Below are positions 1 to 18,546 of a stretch of DNA of 32,000 nt, piece by piece. How positions within the stretch are numbered: the first letter of the stretch is position 1; the number at the start of each line of letters is the position of its first letter. Origin of the DNA: Pseudomonas aeruginosa (GTDB taxonomy: Bacteria > Pseudomonadota > Gammaproteobacteria > Pseudomonadales > Pseudomonadaceae); NCBI RefSeq assembly GCF_001457615.1, contig NZ_LN831024.1, forward strand, positions 2,760,001 through 2,792,000, written 5' to 3'. Position numbers and translations under genes: made by a program. The notes under the pieces were generated by a model. That model was given only the letters and a program-made list of their open reading frames with translations, was not told the origin of the DNA and made no database searches.

Positions 1-11043
<11,043 letters not shown>

Positions 11044-11083
11044 TCGGATCCGGCCGCCGAGCCCTTCGCGGGGGGCGATGAAA

Positions 11084-11122
11084 ATGGCCGGAAGGGAATG
11101 TTCCATACTCCCTTCCGGCCAT
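11084..11122. terminator. Bidirectional rho-independent terminator between convergent pvdL and the 11176-11973 gene
   Basis: Perfect 14-bp stem ATGGCCGGAAGGGA (11084-11097) pairs with TCCCTTCCGGCCAT (11109-11122) around an 11-nt loop. T-rich sequence follows on the plus strand (TCTTCATATAT) and TTTTCAT follows on the minus strand. Confidence 0.7.
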
Positions 11123-11175
11123 TCTTCATATATGTGCGTATATATAAACGCCGATATACGGGTCGGCTTGATTCA

Positions 11176-11973
11176 TTACAACGCGATATTCCCGACTTTC
11201 GCCGAAGCCGCGTTGTAACGCTGGTGCTGTTTACGCTTGACCGAAGAACTGCGCTTGAAACGCCGGGTCGCCGTAAAGATGTTCTTCAAGGTGATCGGGA
11301 ATACCGTGATCAATCCGTTGCCCTTGTGATATTCCGGGTTCCGATCGAGGAAGAAACGCACATTCGGATTGCTGTGCGTAGCCCAGCGTGCCCGTTCGTG
11401 ATCGGCCTCGGTGGTGGTCCAGCCGGTGTCGACCACCAGCGGATCGTTGCTGCTGCGCTTGAAGCTGAACTGGGCGATCAGGTGTTCGAGGAACTTCACG
11501 TGGTGGCTTTCCAGGTCGCAGTGGCAGGGCCAGACGTCATCCACGTACTTGGTCACCAGGGCGTAGCTGGAGGGATGGATCAGGGTGTCGAGGAACAGCA
11601 GGCGCTTGCCGGGGTTGAGCAACTTGTAGCGCAGCACCTGGCGGGTAAGGAAGGGAATGCTCTGGTTGCTCCCGCGGTACTCCGGGAGGATCCCCGACTC
11701 GGCGCGGATCACGCAGGCCTTGCTGTACTGGAAGACTTCCGAGTCGTGGAAATGCACGGCGCAGTAGCCGACGATCTCGTGCTGGCGGTTGCGGTAGATG
11801 GCGATGCGGGTGAGGCGGGCGGTGGAGTGGATGACCTCGCGAGCGAAGGATTCATACTGGACGCCATGAAAGATCCTGGCGTGAATCGCGTAGAGTTCGC
11901 TTGCGAGGTTTCCCCTCTGTGTTTCGTCGAGTTTTCCCGGGTTGACGACTTCCCGGTAGATCCTGGCAGTCAT
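11176..11973 (-). CDS. Hypothetical protein, low-GC orphan. Possibly a GNAT-fold acyltransferase (weak, motif-level only).
   Basis: ORF 11176-11994. I prefer the ATG at 11973 (MTARIYREV...) because GGAG lies 6 nt upstream, whereas the ATG at 11994 has no SD. GC was about 48-55% in the three lines I counted, against about 65% in the flanks. The upstream region 11995-12180 is AT-rich. The segment GILPEYRGSNQSIPFLTRQVL loosely resembles GNAT motif A. The antisense 310-aa ORF has typical shadow-ORF composition. Confidence 0.6.
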   Translation of the reverse strand: MTARIYREVVNPGKLDETQRGNLASELYAIHARIFHGVQYESFAREVIHSTARLTRIAIYRNRQHEIVGYCAVHFHDSEVFQYSKACVIRAESGILPEYRGSNQSIPFLTRQVLRYKLLNPGKRLLFLDTLIHPSSYALVTKYVDDVWPCHCDLESHHVKFLEHLIAQFSFKRSSNDPLVVDTGWTTTEADHERARWATHSNPNVRFFLDRNPEYHKGNGLITVFPITLKNIFTATRRFKRSSSVKRKQHQRYNAASAKVGNIAL

Positions 11974-12530
11974 AATCTTCTCCGAAGGAATCATCCAATA
12001 TTAATTTTCGAATTTTTTTCATGCCGATGACTTCTTGTTGTTGTGCGTGGAGGTGAGGCTAGGGAAAGTCTATTTCCATATTGTTAACTGGCGCCCCCAT
12101 ACGCCTTAAGCTGCCAGATCTGACAGGGTATTAACTTATATTCGGAACTCGCTTCGGCCCGCGGTGGTCGCTGGCCCGCCGGCCTTTATTCTTTCGCTGC
12201 TTTTCCGGGGATAGGCACATGATGCAGAACATCCACGGTCGCGACGACTTCTTCGCCGCCTGCCGGTCAACCTGCACGCCATACCGCTGCCCGGCGTCTC
12301 CTGTCTACAGGTGGTCCCGCCAGCCTGGCTGGCGGCTGGACAGGGAGGGTCGGCGCACCTGCCGGACCGCTACTCGAACGAAGGGCCGCGTACCACCGAC
12401 TGGCTGGCCAGCGGCGTGGTCAAGCGTCACCGCACGCCGGGCAGCCTGCTCAACCTGTTGATCGGGTTCGGGCTTTCGTCTCAAACGGGTGGAGGAGTGG
12501 AGCCCCTGCGACGAGCAAGTGGCCGCTCGC

Positions 12531-13043
12531 CTAGAGCGGCCGCAACTTGCGCAACCAGCGTCGCCAACCCAGTTGCACCATGGGTTCGCCCTGGCGTTCG
12601 AGGAGGTCGGGCATCTCGCTGAAATTCACCCAGAGCTTGCCCTGCCAGTCGAGCATGTGCACCACCTGGCGCTCCCAGCGCAACTTGACGTAGCGCGGCA
12701 TGCCGCTGTCGTCGGTGGCGCTGCGCAACTCCGGCACCACCTCGCCGCTGAGCCAGCGGCGCAATTCGCTGCCATCGCCGCGCTGCTGGTAGATCAGCGC
12801 GGCATACGCGCCGGACTCGCTGATCAGCCACTGCGCCTGCTCTTCGCCACGTTCGGAACGCAACGATTCGCGGCGCGCCTGGTCGTCGTCCAGGCGGGCG
12901 AGCATCTGTTCGGGCTGGCTGTGTTCGATCAGCCGGGCGAAGTCGTCGAGGACGAACCAGGCCTGGTCGTCGATCAGCAGCGCGCGCAGCAATCGCTGCT
13001 GTCGGAAGAAGTAGTGCGGGGCAAGCTGGGTATGGCCGTGCAT
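12531..13043 (-). CDS. BRO-N / antirepressor-like DNA-binding domain protein (170 aa)
   Basis: ATG at 13043 with AAGGA about 8 nt upstream. N-terminal LRALLIDDQAWFVLDDFARLIE and the later SESGAYAALIYQQRGDGSELRRWLSGEVVPELR match the BRO-N pattern (dg.pWF.a.Dva..L ... sEsGlY.Li..S....a..f.rWv..eVlP.iR). The overlapping 250-aa and 229-aa ORFs are shadows. Confidence 0.65.
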   Translation of the reverse strand: MHGHTQLAPHYFFRQQRLLRALLIDDQAWFVLDDFARLIEHSQPEQMLARLDDDQARRESLRSERGEEQAQWLISESGAYAALIYQQRGDGSELRRWLSGEVVPELRSATDDSGMPRYVKLRWERQVVHMLDWQGKLWVNFSEMPDLLERQGEPMVQLGWRRWLRKLRPL

Positions 13044-13306
13044 AGGAGAAATCCTTCTCTGAGCTGTCCGCTGCCTGGCTTCTGCCGGCGCGGCAGGGAG
13101 ACAGGCCGCTCGTGGGTGTTGGGCCAGCAGGCTGTGGCCTGCCGGGAACCGAAGTCGCCGGCGAAAAAAGCCTACTGACAGCGCCTGTAGGACGGCAATG
13201 GCTAAGCCTTGTACGAAGTCTCCGATGGCACAAGCCCGCTGAACAGCTAGGCCGTTCTGAACATTACGCCGGCATGGAGAAAACAGGGGATGGACGCTAT
13301 GCTTGG

Positions 13307-13437
13307 GAACCCTTTTTTTGGTGGTTTTTTAAAGCCCTTTTAGATCAAAGGGTTAGAGATCGCTGCAAAAAGAGGGTTTTTCCGGGCTTTGGCGCTGGAG
13401 CCCTTGGAGCTTGGAAGGTTGATGGTTTTTGGGTCTA
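13307..13437 (+). promoter_or_regulatory. CRISPR leader of the csy4-proximal array
   Basis: AT-enriched 131 bp directly upstream of the first repeat. Collinear homology to the reverse complement of 23938-24069, with shared blocks ACCCTTTTTT, GCCCTT.TA.ATCA....GTTA, AAAAAGAGGGTTT and GGTT.....GGTTTT.GG..CTA. The degenerate repeats are at the opposite end of the array. Confidence 0.75.
13343..13355 (+). promoter_or_regulatory. Candidate IHF site in the leader (GATCAAAGGGTTA against consensus WATCAANNNNTTR)
   Basis: 12 of 13 consensus-constrained positions fit, with only W mismatched. It lies 83-95 nt upstream of the first repeat, the same offset as the candidate site in the other leader. Confidence 0.4.
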
Positions 13438-14485
13438 GTTCACTGCCGTATAGGCAGCTAAGAAATTTGCCGGGTCACACTGCCCGGACCCGCCACCGTT
13501 CACTGCCGTATAGGCAGCTAAGAAACAGGGCGCGCCCGGAGAAAGTCACGCGCTTCGAGTTCACTGCCGTATAGGCAGCTAAGAAATCGGGAAAGAGACC
13601 ATGACCATCGGTGAAAACGTTCACTGCCGTATAGGCAGCTAAGAAAATCCGGGCCTGCGCAGATCACCCGGCCAGCTTGTTCACTGCCGTATAGGCAGCT
13701 AAGAAAAGGCACTGCAGGCCTACCGGCGTACCCTGCGCGTTCACTGCCGTATAGGCAGCTAAGAAAACGTCAATGCAGAACTCGAACGTCGTGTGCATGT
13801 TCACTGCCGTATAGGCAGCTAAGAAAACCCAGTGAAATCAGTCCCCGCGCTCGTATCGGTTCACTGCCGTATAGGCAGCTAAGAAATTCGACGGCCACGC
13901 CTCAGCCCGGCCCAGGCCGTTCACTGCCGTATAGGCAGCTAAGAAAGAGATCATCCGGCGCAAGCGGGAACAGCTGCTGTTCACTGCCGTATAGGCAGCT
14001 AAGAAATCACGACCTTCTCGAACGTTCCCAGGTACGTAGTTCACTGCCGTATAGGCAGCTAAGAAAAAGGTCAATTCCCAGGTGAAGCAACTGGTGGCGT
14101 TCACTGCCGTATAGGCAGCTAAGAAAGTAGCAGAGAAACTCAACAGCCCGACTGGACGGTTCACTGCCGTATAGGCAGCTAAGAAAGTAGGGATTGTGAG
14201 CGTCGAGGAGCGCCAGGGCGTTCACTGCCGTATAGGCAGCTAAGAAATGCAACTCGAAAACATCGAACGCCGGCGCCGAGTTCACTGCCGTATAGGCAGC
14301 TAAGAAACTGAGCTAACCCGGCTGGGATCCAAATCCTACGTTCACTGCCGTATAGGCAGCTAAGAAATCCTTCGGCTCCGCCGGCCGGATCGCTGCATGT
14401 TCACTGCCGTATAGGCAGCAAAAAATGTCTCGAAGTTCATAAGCGGGCTTCGGGCGATTTCACTGCCACATAGGTCGTCAAGAAA
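13438..14485 (+). CRISPR. Type I-F CRISPR array, csy4-proximal. 18 repeats and 17 spacers, repeat GTTCACTGCCGTATAGGCAGCTAAGAAA.
   Basis: 16 identical 28-bp repeats start at 13438, 13498, 13559, 13619, 13679, 13739, 13799, 13859, 13919, 13979, 14039, 14099, 14159, 14220, 14280 and 14340. Degenerate repeats follow at 14399 (3 mismatches) and 14458 (7 mismatches). Spacers are 31-33 nt. The repeat contains the Cas6f hairpin CTGCC-GTATA-GGCAG and the 8-nt handle CTAAGAAA. Orientation is set by the leader on the left and the decay on the right. Confidence 0.98.
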
Positions 14486-14546
14486 CGGCCAGCAGCCCTG
14501 AAGTATCGATTAATGCGGTTCGCTGTCGGCCGGGGTCACCAGTCGA

Positions 14547-14575
14547 AACGAAGTCCCTTTCCATGGGACTTCGTT
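14547..14575 (-). terminator. Hairpin downstream of csy4, a likely terminator of the cas operon. It also sits between convergent array transcription and the operon.
   Basis: Perfect 11-bp stem AACGAAGTCCC (14547-14557) pairs with GGGACTTCGTT (14565-14575) around a 7-nt loop. On the minus strand it is followed only by a short TTTCG, so the U-tract is weak. Confidence 0.45.
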
Positions 14576-14608
14576 GCGGACATGCCGATAAGGCGCTGAC
14601 GGGGTTCT

Positions 14609-15172
14609 TCAGAACCAGGGAACGGAACCTCCTTTGCTCAACCCGTAACAGGTGAATCCTCCTTCCTCTGCCGTCGCCTGCAACGGCCCGTGGCGGATGA
14701 AGAGACGGAAGTGCTGTCCGGTGCTCTGGCTGCGTAGCGTGACGAAGGGCAGGTCCAAGGTTCTCGCGACCGTATCGGGAATGCGTTTCCGAGCCTCCTC
14801 CTCACTCAGATCGTGCCGGCGCATGAGCCGCCGCCGCAGGCGTTCCGGATTGCTTTTCGCCTGAACCCGACTGACCTGACGGTACGGTGTGGGGTGAGGC
14901 ACGACTGCCGGTTCTCCGAATTGCAGATGGTCCCGCAACCCTTCCAGCCAGGGCCGGGCGAGCAGGGCACGAAGGTCGTCCGCCGAGGCATGAATGCGCA
15001 GGCGCTCGCCCAGCCGGGAGCGGCTTTCGTCGAGGTCGGGGAAGCTCACGCCGATCCTGTCCCCGCCCTGTGCCACCAGGGCCTGGTGGAGCTTGCCGAA
15101 GAGCACGCTCATGAGTTGCGCCGGGGGAAATTCCGGGTCCGGTCGCAAGCGAATGTCGAGGTAGTGGTCCAT
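14609..15172 (-). CDS. cas6f: Cas6f / Csy4 CRISPR repeat endoribonuclease (187 aa)
   Basis: Starts MDHYLDIRLRPDPEF. Catalytic-region His in FGKLHQAL, Ser-rich TLRSQSTGQHF, and the arginine-rich helix RLRRRLMRRH typical of Csy4. Last gene of the operon, with its ATG 3 nt after the csy3 stop. Confidence 0.97.
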   Translation of the reverse strand: MDHYLDIRLRPDPEFPPAQLMSVLFGKLHQALVAQGGDRIGVSFPDLDESRSRLGERLRIHASADDLRALLARPWLEGLRDHLQFGEPAVVPHPTPYRQVSRVQAKSNPERLRRRLMRRHDLSEEEARKRIPDTVARTLDLPFVTLRSQSTGQHFRLFIRHGPLQATAEEGGFTCYGLSKGGSVPWF

Positions 15173-15175
15173 GGC

Positions 15176-16204
15176 TTACTTCTCTTCGGCTTCACCGAAC
15201 ACGCCGCCACGGATCAGGTTGGCGATCACATAATGCTGTTGCTCCACGGCGGGCGCCTCGTCGCGCAGTACCCAGTTGTCGAGCAGCGTATAGAAGTCCA
15301 GCTTCTGCTTGGGCTGGCGATAGGCTTTGCCCTGGGATGTGACGGAGCCGTAGGGCTCCACGGCGATGGGGCCGAGGCCATCTTCGTCGGGATACCACGT
15401 ATCGATGGTGCGCAGGGCATTGCCGATCTTCTGCGAGTGGATGGCCGCGGCATCGCGCACGCTGTACAGGGTCTTGCTCTTCTGGCCTTTCTTGTCGCCT
15501 TTGTCGAGGATCAGTTCCTGGGAGGGGAAGACTTCCTGGCCGTCGCCGATACGGGCGAAGGCGACCACTTCGAGCAGGACATGCCCACTGCCTGAGAGAC
15601 CGCTGGCGATCAGTTCGGCGAGCGCGTCCAGTTCGGCGTCGGCCTTGAAGTCGCGCAAGCCGATGGCCAGGGCGTCGAAGCGCCAGGCGCGAGCCACCTC
15701 GCCCTGGCGGATATGGTTGATACGGACTTCCACCGCTTCCGCGCCCACCCGGTTGCGCCACAGGAAGCGGGCGTTGGCCAGGTTGTGCGCATAACGACGA
15801 GCCAGCTCGGCGAAGCCCTGATCGTTCACGTAGGTGGCGACCGTTTGCAGCAGCTTGTCACGGTAGGCCGCGTCGTTGCAGGCAGACGGTGTTCCGGCGC
15901 CGCCGAGCACACGGAGGGTGAAGCGGACCTTGAGGGTGTCGGCGTCGCTCGGCAGGTTGGCCACGTCCACCGTCTGCAGGTTGGGCGACTGGATCGAGGC
16001 GTCCAGCTTGGCCGGGTCACGGTCCTTGGTCTTGAGGCGGTTGGAGATGGTGCCGCGTACGGACTTCTCGCGCACGGTCACGGCCGGCCATTCCTGCGAG
16101 GCGTCGCGTTGCGCCCAGGCGCCAGCGCTCATAAGGGCGTCGGAAGGGTCGAGCTTACGTTCGAAGGCGAGGACGGAAGCGGTGCTCAGTATTGGCTTGG
16201 ACAT
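15176..16204 (-). CDS. cas7f: Cas7f / Csy3 Cascade backbone subunit (342 aa)
   Basis: I moved the start to the ATG at 16204 ([22 protein letters not shown]...). The ORF-track N-terminal extension to 16567 would overlap csy2 by about 350 nt. Position and size match Csy3. Confidence 0.95.
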   Translation of the reverse strand: MSKPILSTASVLAFERKLDPSDALMSAGAWAQRDASQEWPAVTVREKSVRGTISNRLKTKDRDPAKLDASIQSPNLQTVDVANLPSDADTLKVRFTLRVLGGAGTPSACNDAAYRDKLLQTVATYVNDQGFAELARRYAHNLANARFLWRNRVGAEAVEVRINHIRQGEVARAWRFDALAIGLRDFKADAELDALAELIASGLSGSGHVLLEVVAFARIGDGQEVFPSQELILDKGDKKGQKSKTLYSVRDAAAIHSQKIGNALRTIDTWYPDEDGLGPIAVEPYGSVTSQGKAYRQPKQKLDFYTLLDNWVLRDEAPAVEQQHYVIANLIRGGVFGEAEEK

Positions 16205-16214
16205 GCTGATTTCC

Positions 16215-17198
16215 TTATGCGATGGCGTGTTCGACGAAACGGGGTGTGCTCCAGCGGTAGAGCCCTTTGTCAGGCTCGGCGTGGTGATACCAAAGCAGGT
16301 CCGATAACGCGGCGACGCGATGGGGGCTGAGCCATTCGCCCAGACCGAAGAGGTTTTCGACGAAGCGCAGCGGTGTTTCTCTATCACGGGCATTTCGCAC
16401 TTCGCCGGGGAGGTACAGGGGTGACAGGGCGTTGTAGCCAGCCGGGATCGGCACCAGCCAGCCGGGCTTGTCGCGCACTTGCCAGGCTGCATCGGGCGGC
16501 GATGCTTCTTCTTCGGACGAGGTTGCAGGAGGCTCGAAGTTGATTCGACAAAGATCGAGCAGTGCATCGAGCGTGGTGGCTTCGGGGAGCGTGGTGCGCA
16601 AGGTTTCCAGATGTTGTTGCAACAACGCCTCGCGACTCACCAGGGCGAAGCCGGGGAGCAGGCGGCGGGTAAGCCGGCGCTGGTTCTTGCGCCGCTGTTC
16701 GTCGCTGCCACCCAGCATCAGCAGTTCGGCGTTCGGAGCCGGGAAGCGCTCATTGCACCAGGGCAGGATGCTGCCACCGGCGAGGCGCATGGCGCCAGCC
16801 TGCTCCTGTACCTGCCTGGCGATTTCCTGTGCGGGGTGATCGTCCAGACCATCGCCATGCACTCCCAGCAGCAGACTGACCTCCAGATGGGCGCGCCCTT
16901 CTTCGACGATGGCTGCGGTGGAGCCGTCGCGGTTCAGCGGATTGCGGGTCAGGTTGAAGACCTTGGTGCGCTTGCCGGCCGGCTGCGATATCTGCGCTTC
17001 GAAGCGGTGACAGACGATGCCGACACCGTCCAGTTCGATATCGAGGGAGATCCCGACTCGACGCTGCAAGGCATGGACGAATCCGGTGAAAGCGCCGGGC
17101 GAAGGGAAACCCCAGGTCAAGGGGCTGGAAATGGCGTTGGCGTTCTGGATGGACAGGCGTGGCAGCAACAGCAGCGCCTCGGGATCAGTCACGCTCAT
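16215..17198 (-). CDS. cas5f: Cas5f / Csy2 (327 aa)
   Basis: Starts [33 protein letters not shown]. The ATG at 17198 overlaps the csy1 3' end by 14 nt (ATGAGCGTGACTGA). Third gene of the cas1-cas2/3-csy1-4 order. Confidence 0.95.
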   Translation of the reverse strand: MSVTDPEALLLLPRLSIQNANAISSPLTWGFPSPGAFTGFVHALQRRVGISLDIELDGVGIVCHRFEAQISQPAGKRTKVFNLTRNPLNRDGSTAAIVEEGRAHLEVSLLLGVHGDGLDDHPAQEIARQVQEQAGAMRLAGGSILPWCNERFPAPNAELLMLGGSDEQRRKNQRRLTRRLLPGFALVSREALLQQHLETLRTTLPEATTLDALLDLCRINFEPPATSSEEEASPPDAAWQVRDKPGWLVPIPAGYNALSPLYLPGEVRNARDRETPLRFVENLFGLGEWLSPHRVAALSDLLWYHHAEPDKGLYRWSTPRFVEHAIA

Positions 17199-18489
17199 CT
17201 TCGAGTATCTCCTTGAACATCGTCAGTTCCTTGCTCAGCTCCTGGCTCCATTGGGCGGCTTCCGGGCTACCCAGTATCTGACTGTCGCTGCTGACCGCCC
17301 GGTTCAGCCAGTTGGCGAAGCGATTTCCGACCTCGGCAGGCCAGTCACCTCGTAGTCGGCGCTGCAAGAACGTCTCATCGGTCTGTGCGCGCAACGGATC
17401 GAGCCAGAGCTGCTCCGCGTCATGCAGTTGGCACCCGGGGGTTGCGCTCCAGCCGGGCTCCAGTTCGCGCAGACGGGCGGCGTATTGCAGGGCTTCGTCG
17501 CAGATTTGCCCGACCAGTTGGGCGCGATATCTGCGGATGGTGAAATTGTTATGGCGGGTCTTGGCAAGGAGGCGCTGCAAGGTCCGGGTCAGCCGGGACA
17601 CCTCAGGGCTTCTCCCGAAGTCATGTTCGAAGACCGAGGAATGGCGTATCGGTGCGCGCTGGTCCTGTCTTTGCCAATGTGGCGGAAGCGAAGGTAGCAA
17701 CCAGTTCTCCCCATAGCGCTCGCTGTTCAACTGACTGATGTTCTGCGGCTTGGTACCGCCGAACTTCTGGATCGCCAGGTTGGGGTACTCGCTGAATCCG
17801 TGGGGCCATGACTCCTGGCGGCTGCGCGCTTCGCGTGCCGCCTTGGCCGCGTCGCCGAAGCGCGCTTCGCGGAGCAGAGCGTGGACGTGATGCACCAGAC
17901 TGGTGGGAAACAGCGGTGCTAGCAGGTGGTAGCCGGAACCGGGCAGGGGAAAGTACAACTGCTTGGCCAGGCTGTGGGACGCGGGAGCGCCTTTGACGGC
18001 CGTGATGCCGATGAACGCTTGCCGCCATTCGCGAGCCTGTTCGGCGTTATCGGACAGCGCCTGTACTGCCTCGGCACTGTCTTCTGTCAGCCAGTTCAGA
18101 AGATTTTTACCCTGATACTGGAGACTGAGAAACTTGAATACGTCCAGCGCCGCGGCATTGCCCACCACATCGCTGACCAGCCTGTCACCTAGCTCATGGG
18201 AACCGGCGAGGCCCGGTTGCCCGGGTGCTTGCGGCAGGCTGTGCAGGTTGCTGCCGCGGGCGTCGGGATGGATCGGCTTGAGCGTGTGGGTCACCAACTG
18301 CAACTGGCCGACCCGCCGGGCGGCATCTGCCAGCCAGGCCTCCCGCCGGTGGGTGGCCAGCAATGTCTGGCGCTTGTCGTCTTCGTCGGGATGGAGTTTG
18401 TCCAGCTTGCCCTGGAGGCGCTCCTGGATGAAGGATTCGATGAACTGGCGAAGCTCCTGCCACGTAGGCGTTGGGAGGGGAGAGGTCAT
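17185..18489 (-). CDS. cas8f: Cas8f / Csy1 large subunit (434 aa)
   Basis: ATG at 18489 preceded by AAGGAGG 5 nt upstream. Size and position are those of Csy1 of the I-F Csy complex. Confidence 0.95.
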   Translation of the reverse strand: MTSPLPTPTWQELRQFIESFIQERLQGKLDKLHPDEDDKRQTLLATHRREAWLADAARRVGQLQLVTHTLKPIHPDARGSNLHSLPQAPGQPGLAGSHELGDRLVSDVVGNAAALDVFKFLSLQYQGKNLLNWLTEDSAEAVQALSDNAEQAREWRQAFIGITAVKGAPASHSLAKQLYFPLPGSGYHLLAPLFPTSLVHHVHALLREARFGDAAKAAREARSRQESWPHGFSEYPNLAIQKFGGTKPQNISQLNSERYGENWLLPSLPPHWQRQDQRAPIRHSSVFEHDFGRSPEVSRLTRTLQRLLAKTRHNNFTIRRYRAQLVGQICDEALQYAARLRELEPGWSATPGCQLHDAEQLWLDPLRAQTDETFLQRRLRGDWPAEVGNRFANWLNRAVSSDSQILGSPEAAQWSQELSKELTMFKEILEDERD

Positions 18490-18546
18490 CCATGCCTCCT
18501 TGGTCGATTGTCATTGACGAGTGCTCGCATTCGAAAGCTGTGCTCC

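Noticed and set aside
11098-12030. 310-aa plus-strand ORF opposite the low-GC orphan gene
   Set aside because: It has antisense-type composition (runs of V/A/G/D/L) and no SD, and it starts inside the terminator hairpin. The minus-strand frame has a good SD and balanced composition.
13163-13191. Possible minus-strand terminator (CCTAC-N11-GTAGG followed by CTTTTTT) between the CRISPR leader and the BRO-N gene
   Set aside because: The stem is only 5 bp with an 11-nt loop, which is too weak to call, although the T6 run is suggestive.
13518-14285. ORFs translating through the csy4-side CRISPR array (repeating FLSCLYGSE / FLAAYTAVN peptides)
   Set aside because: The periodic peptide repeats are simply the 28-bp repeat translated. 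No coding potential is expected in a CRISPR array.
16205-16567. N-terminal extension of the csy3 ORF (463 aa in the ORF track)
   Set aside because: It would overlap csy2 by about 350 nt in another frame. The internal ATG at 16204 gives the expected 342-aa Csy3 beginning MSKPILST, 10 nt after the csy2 stop.
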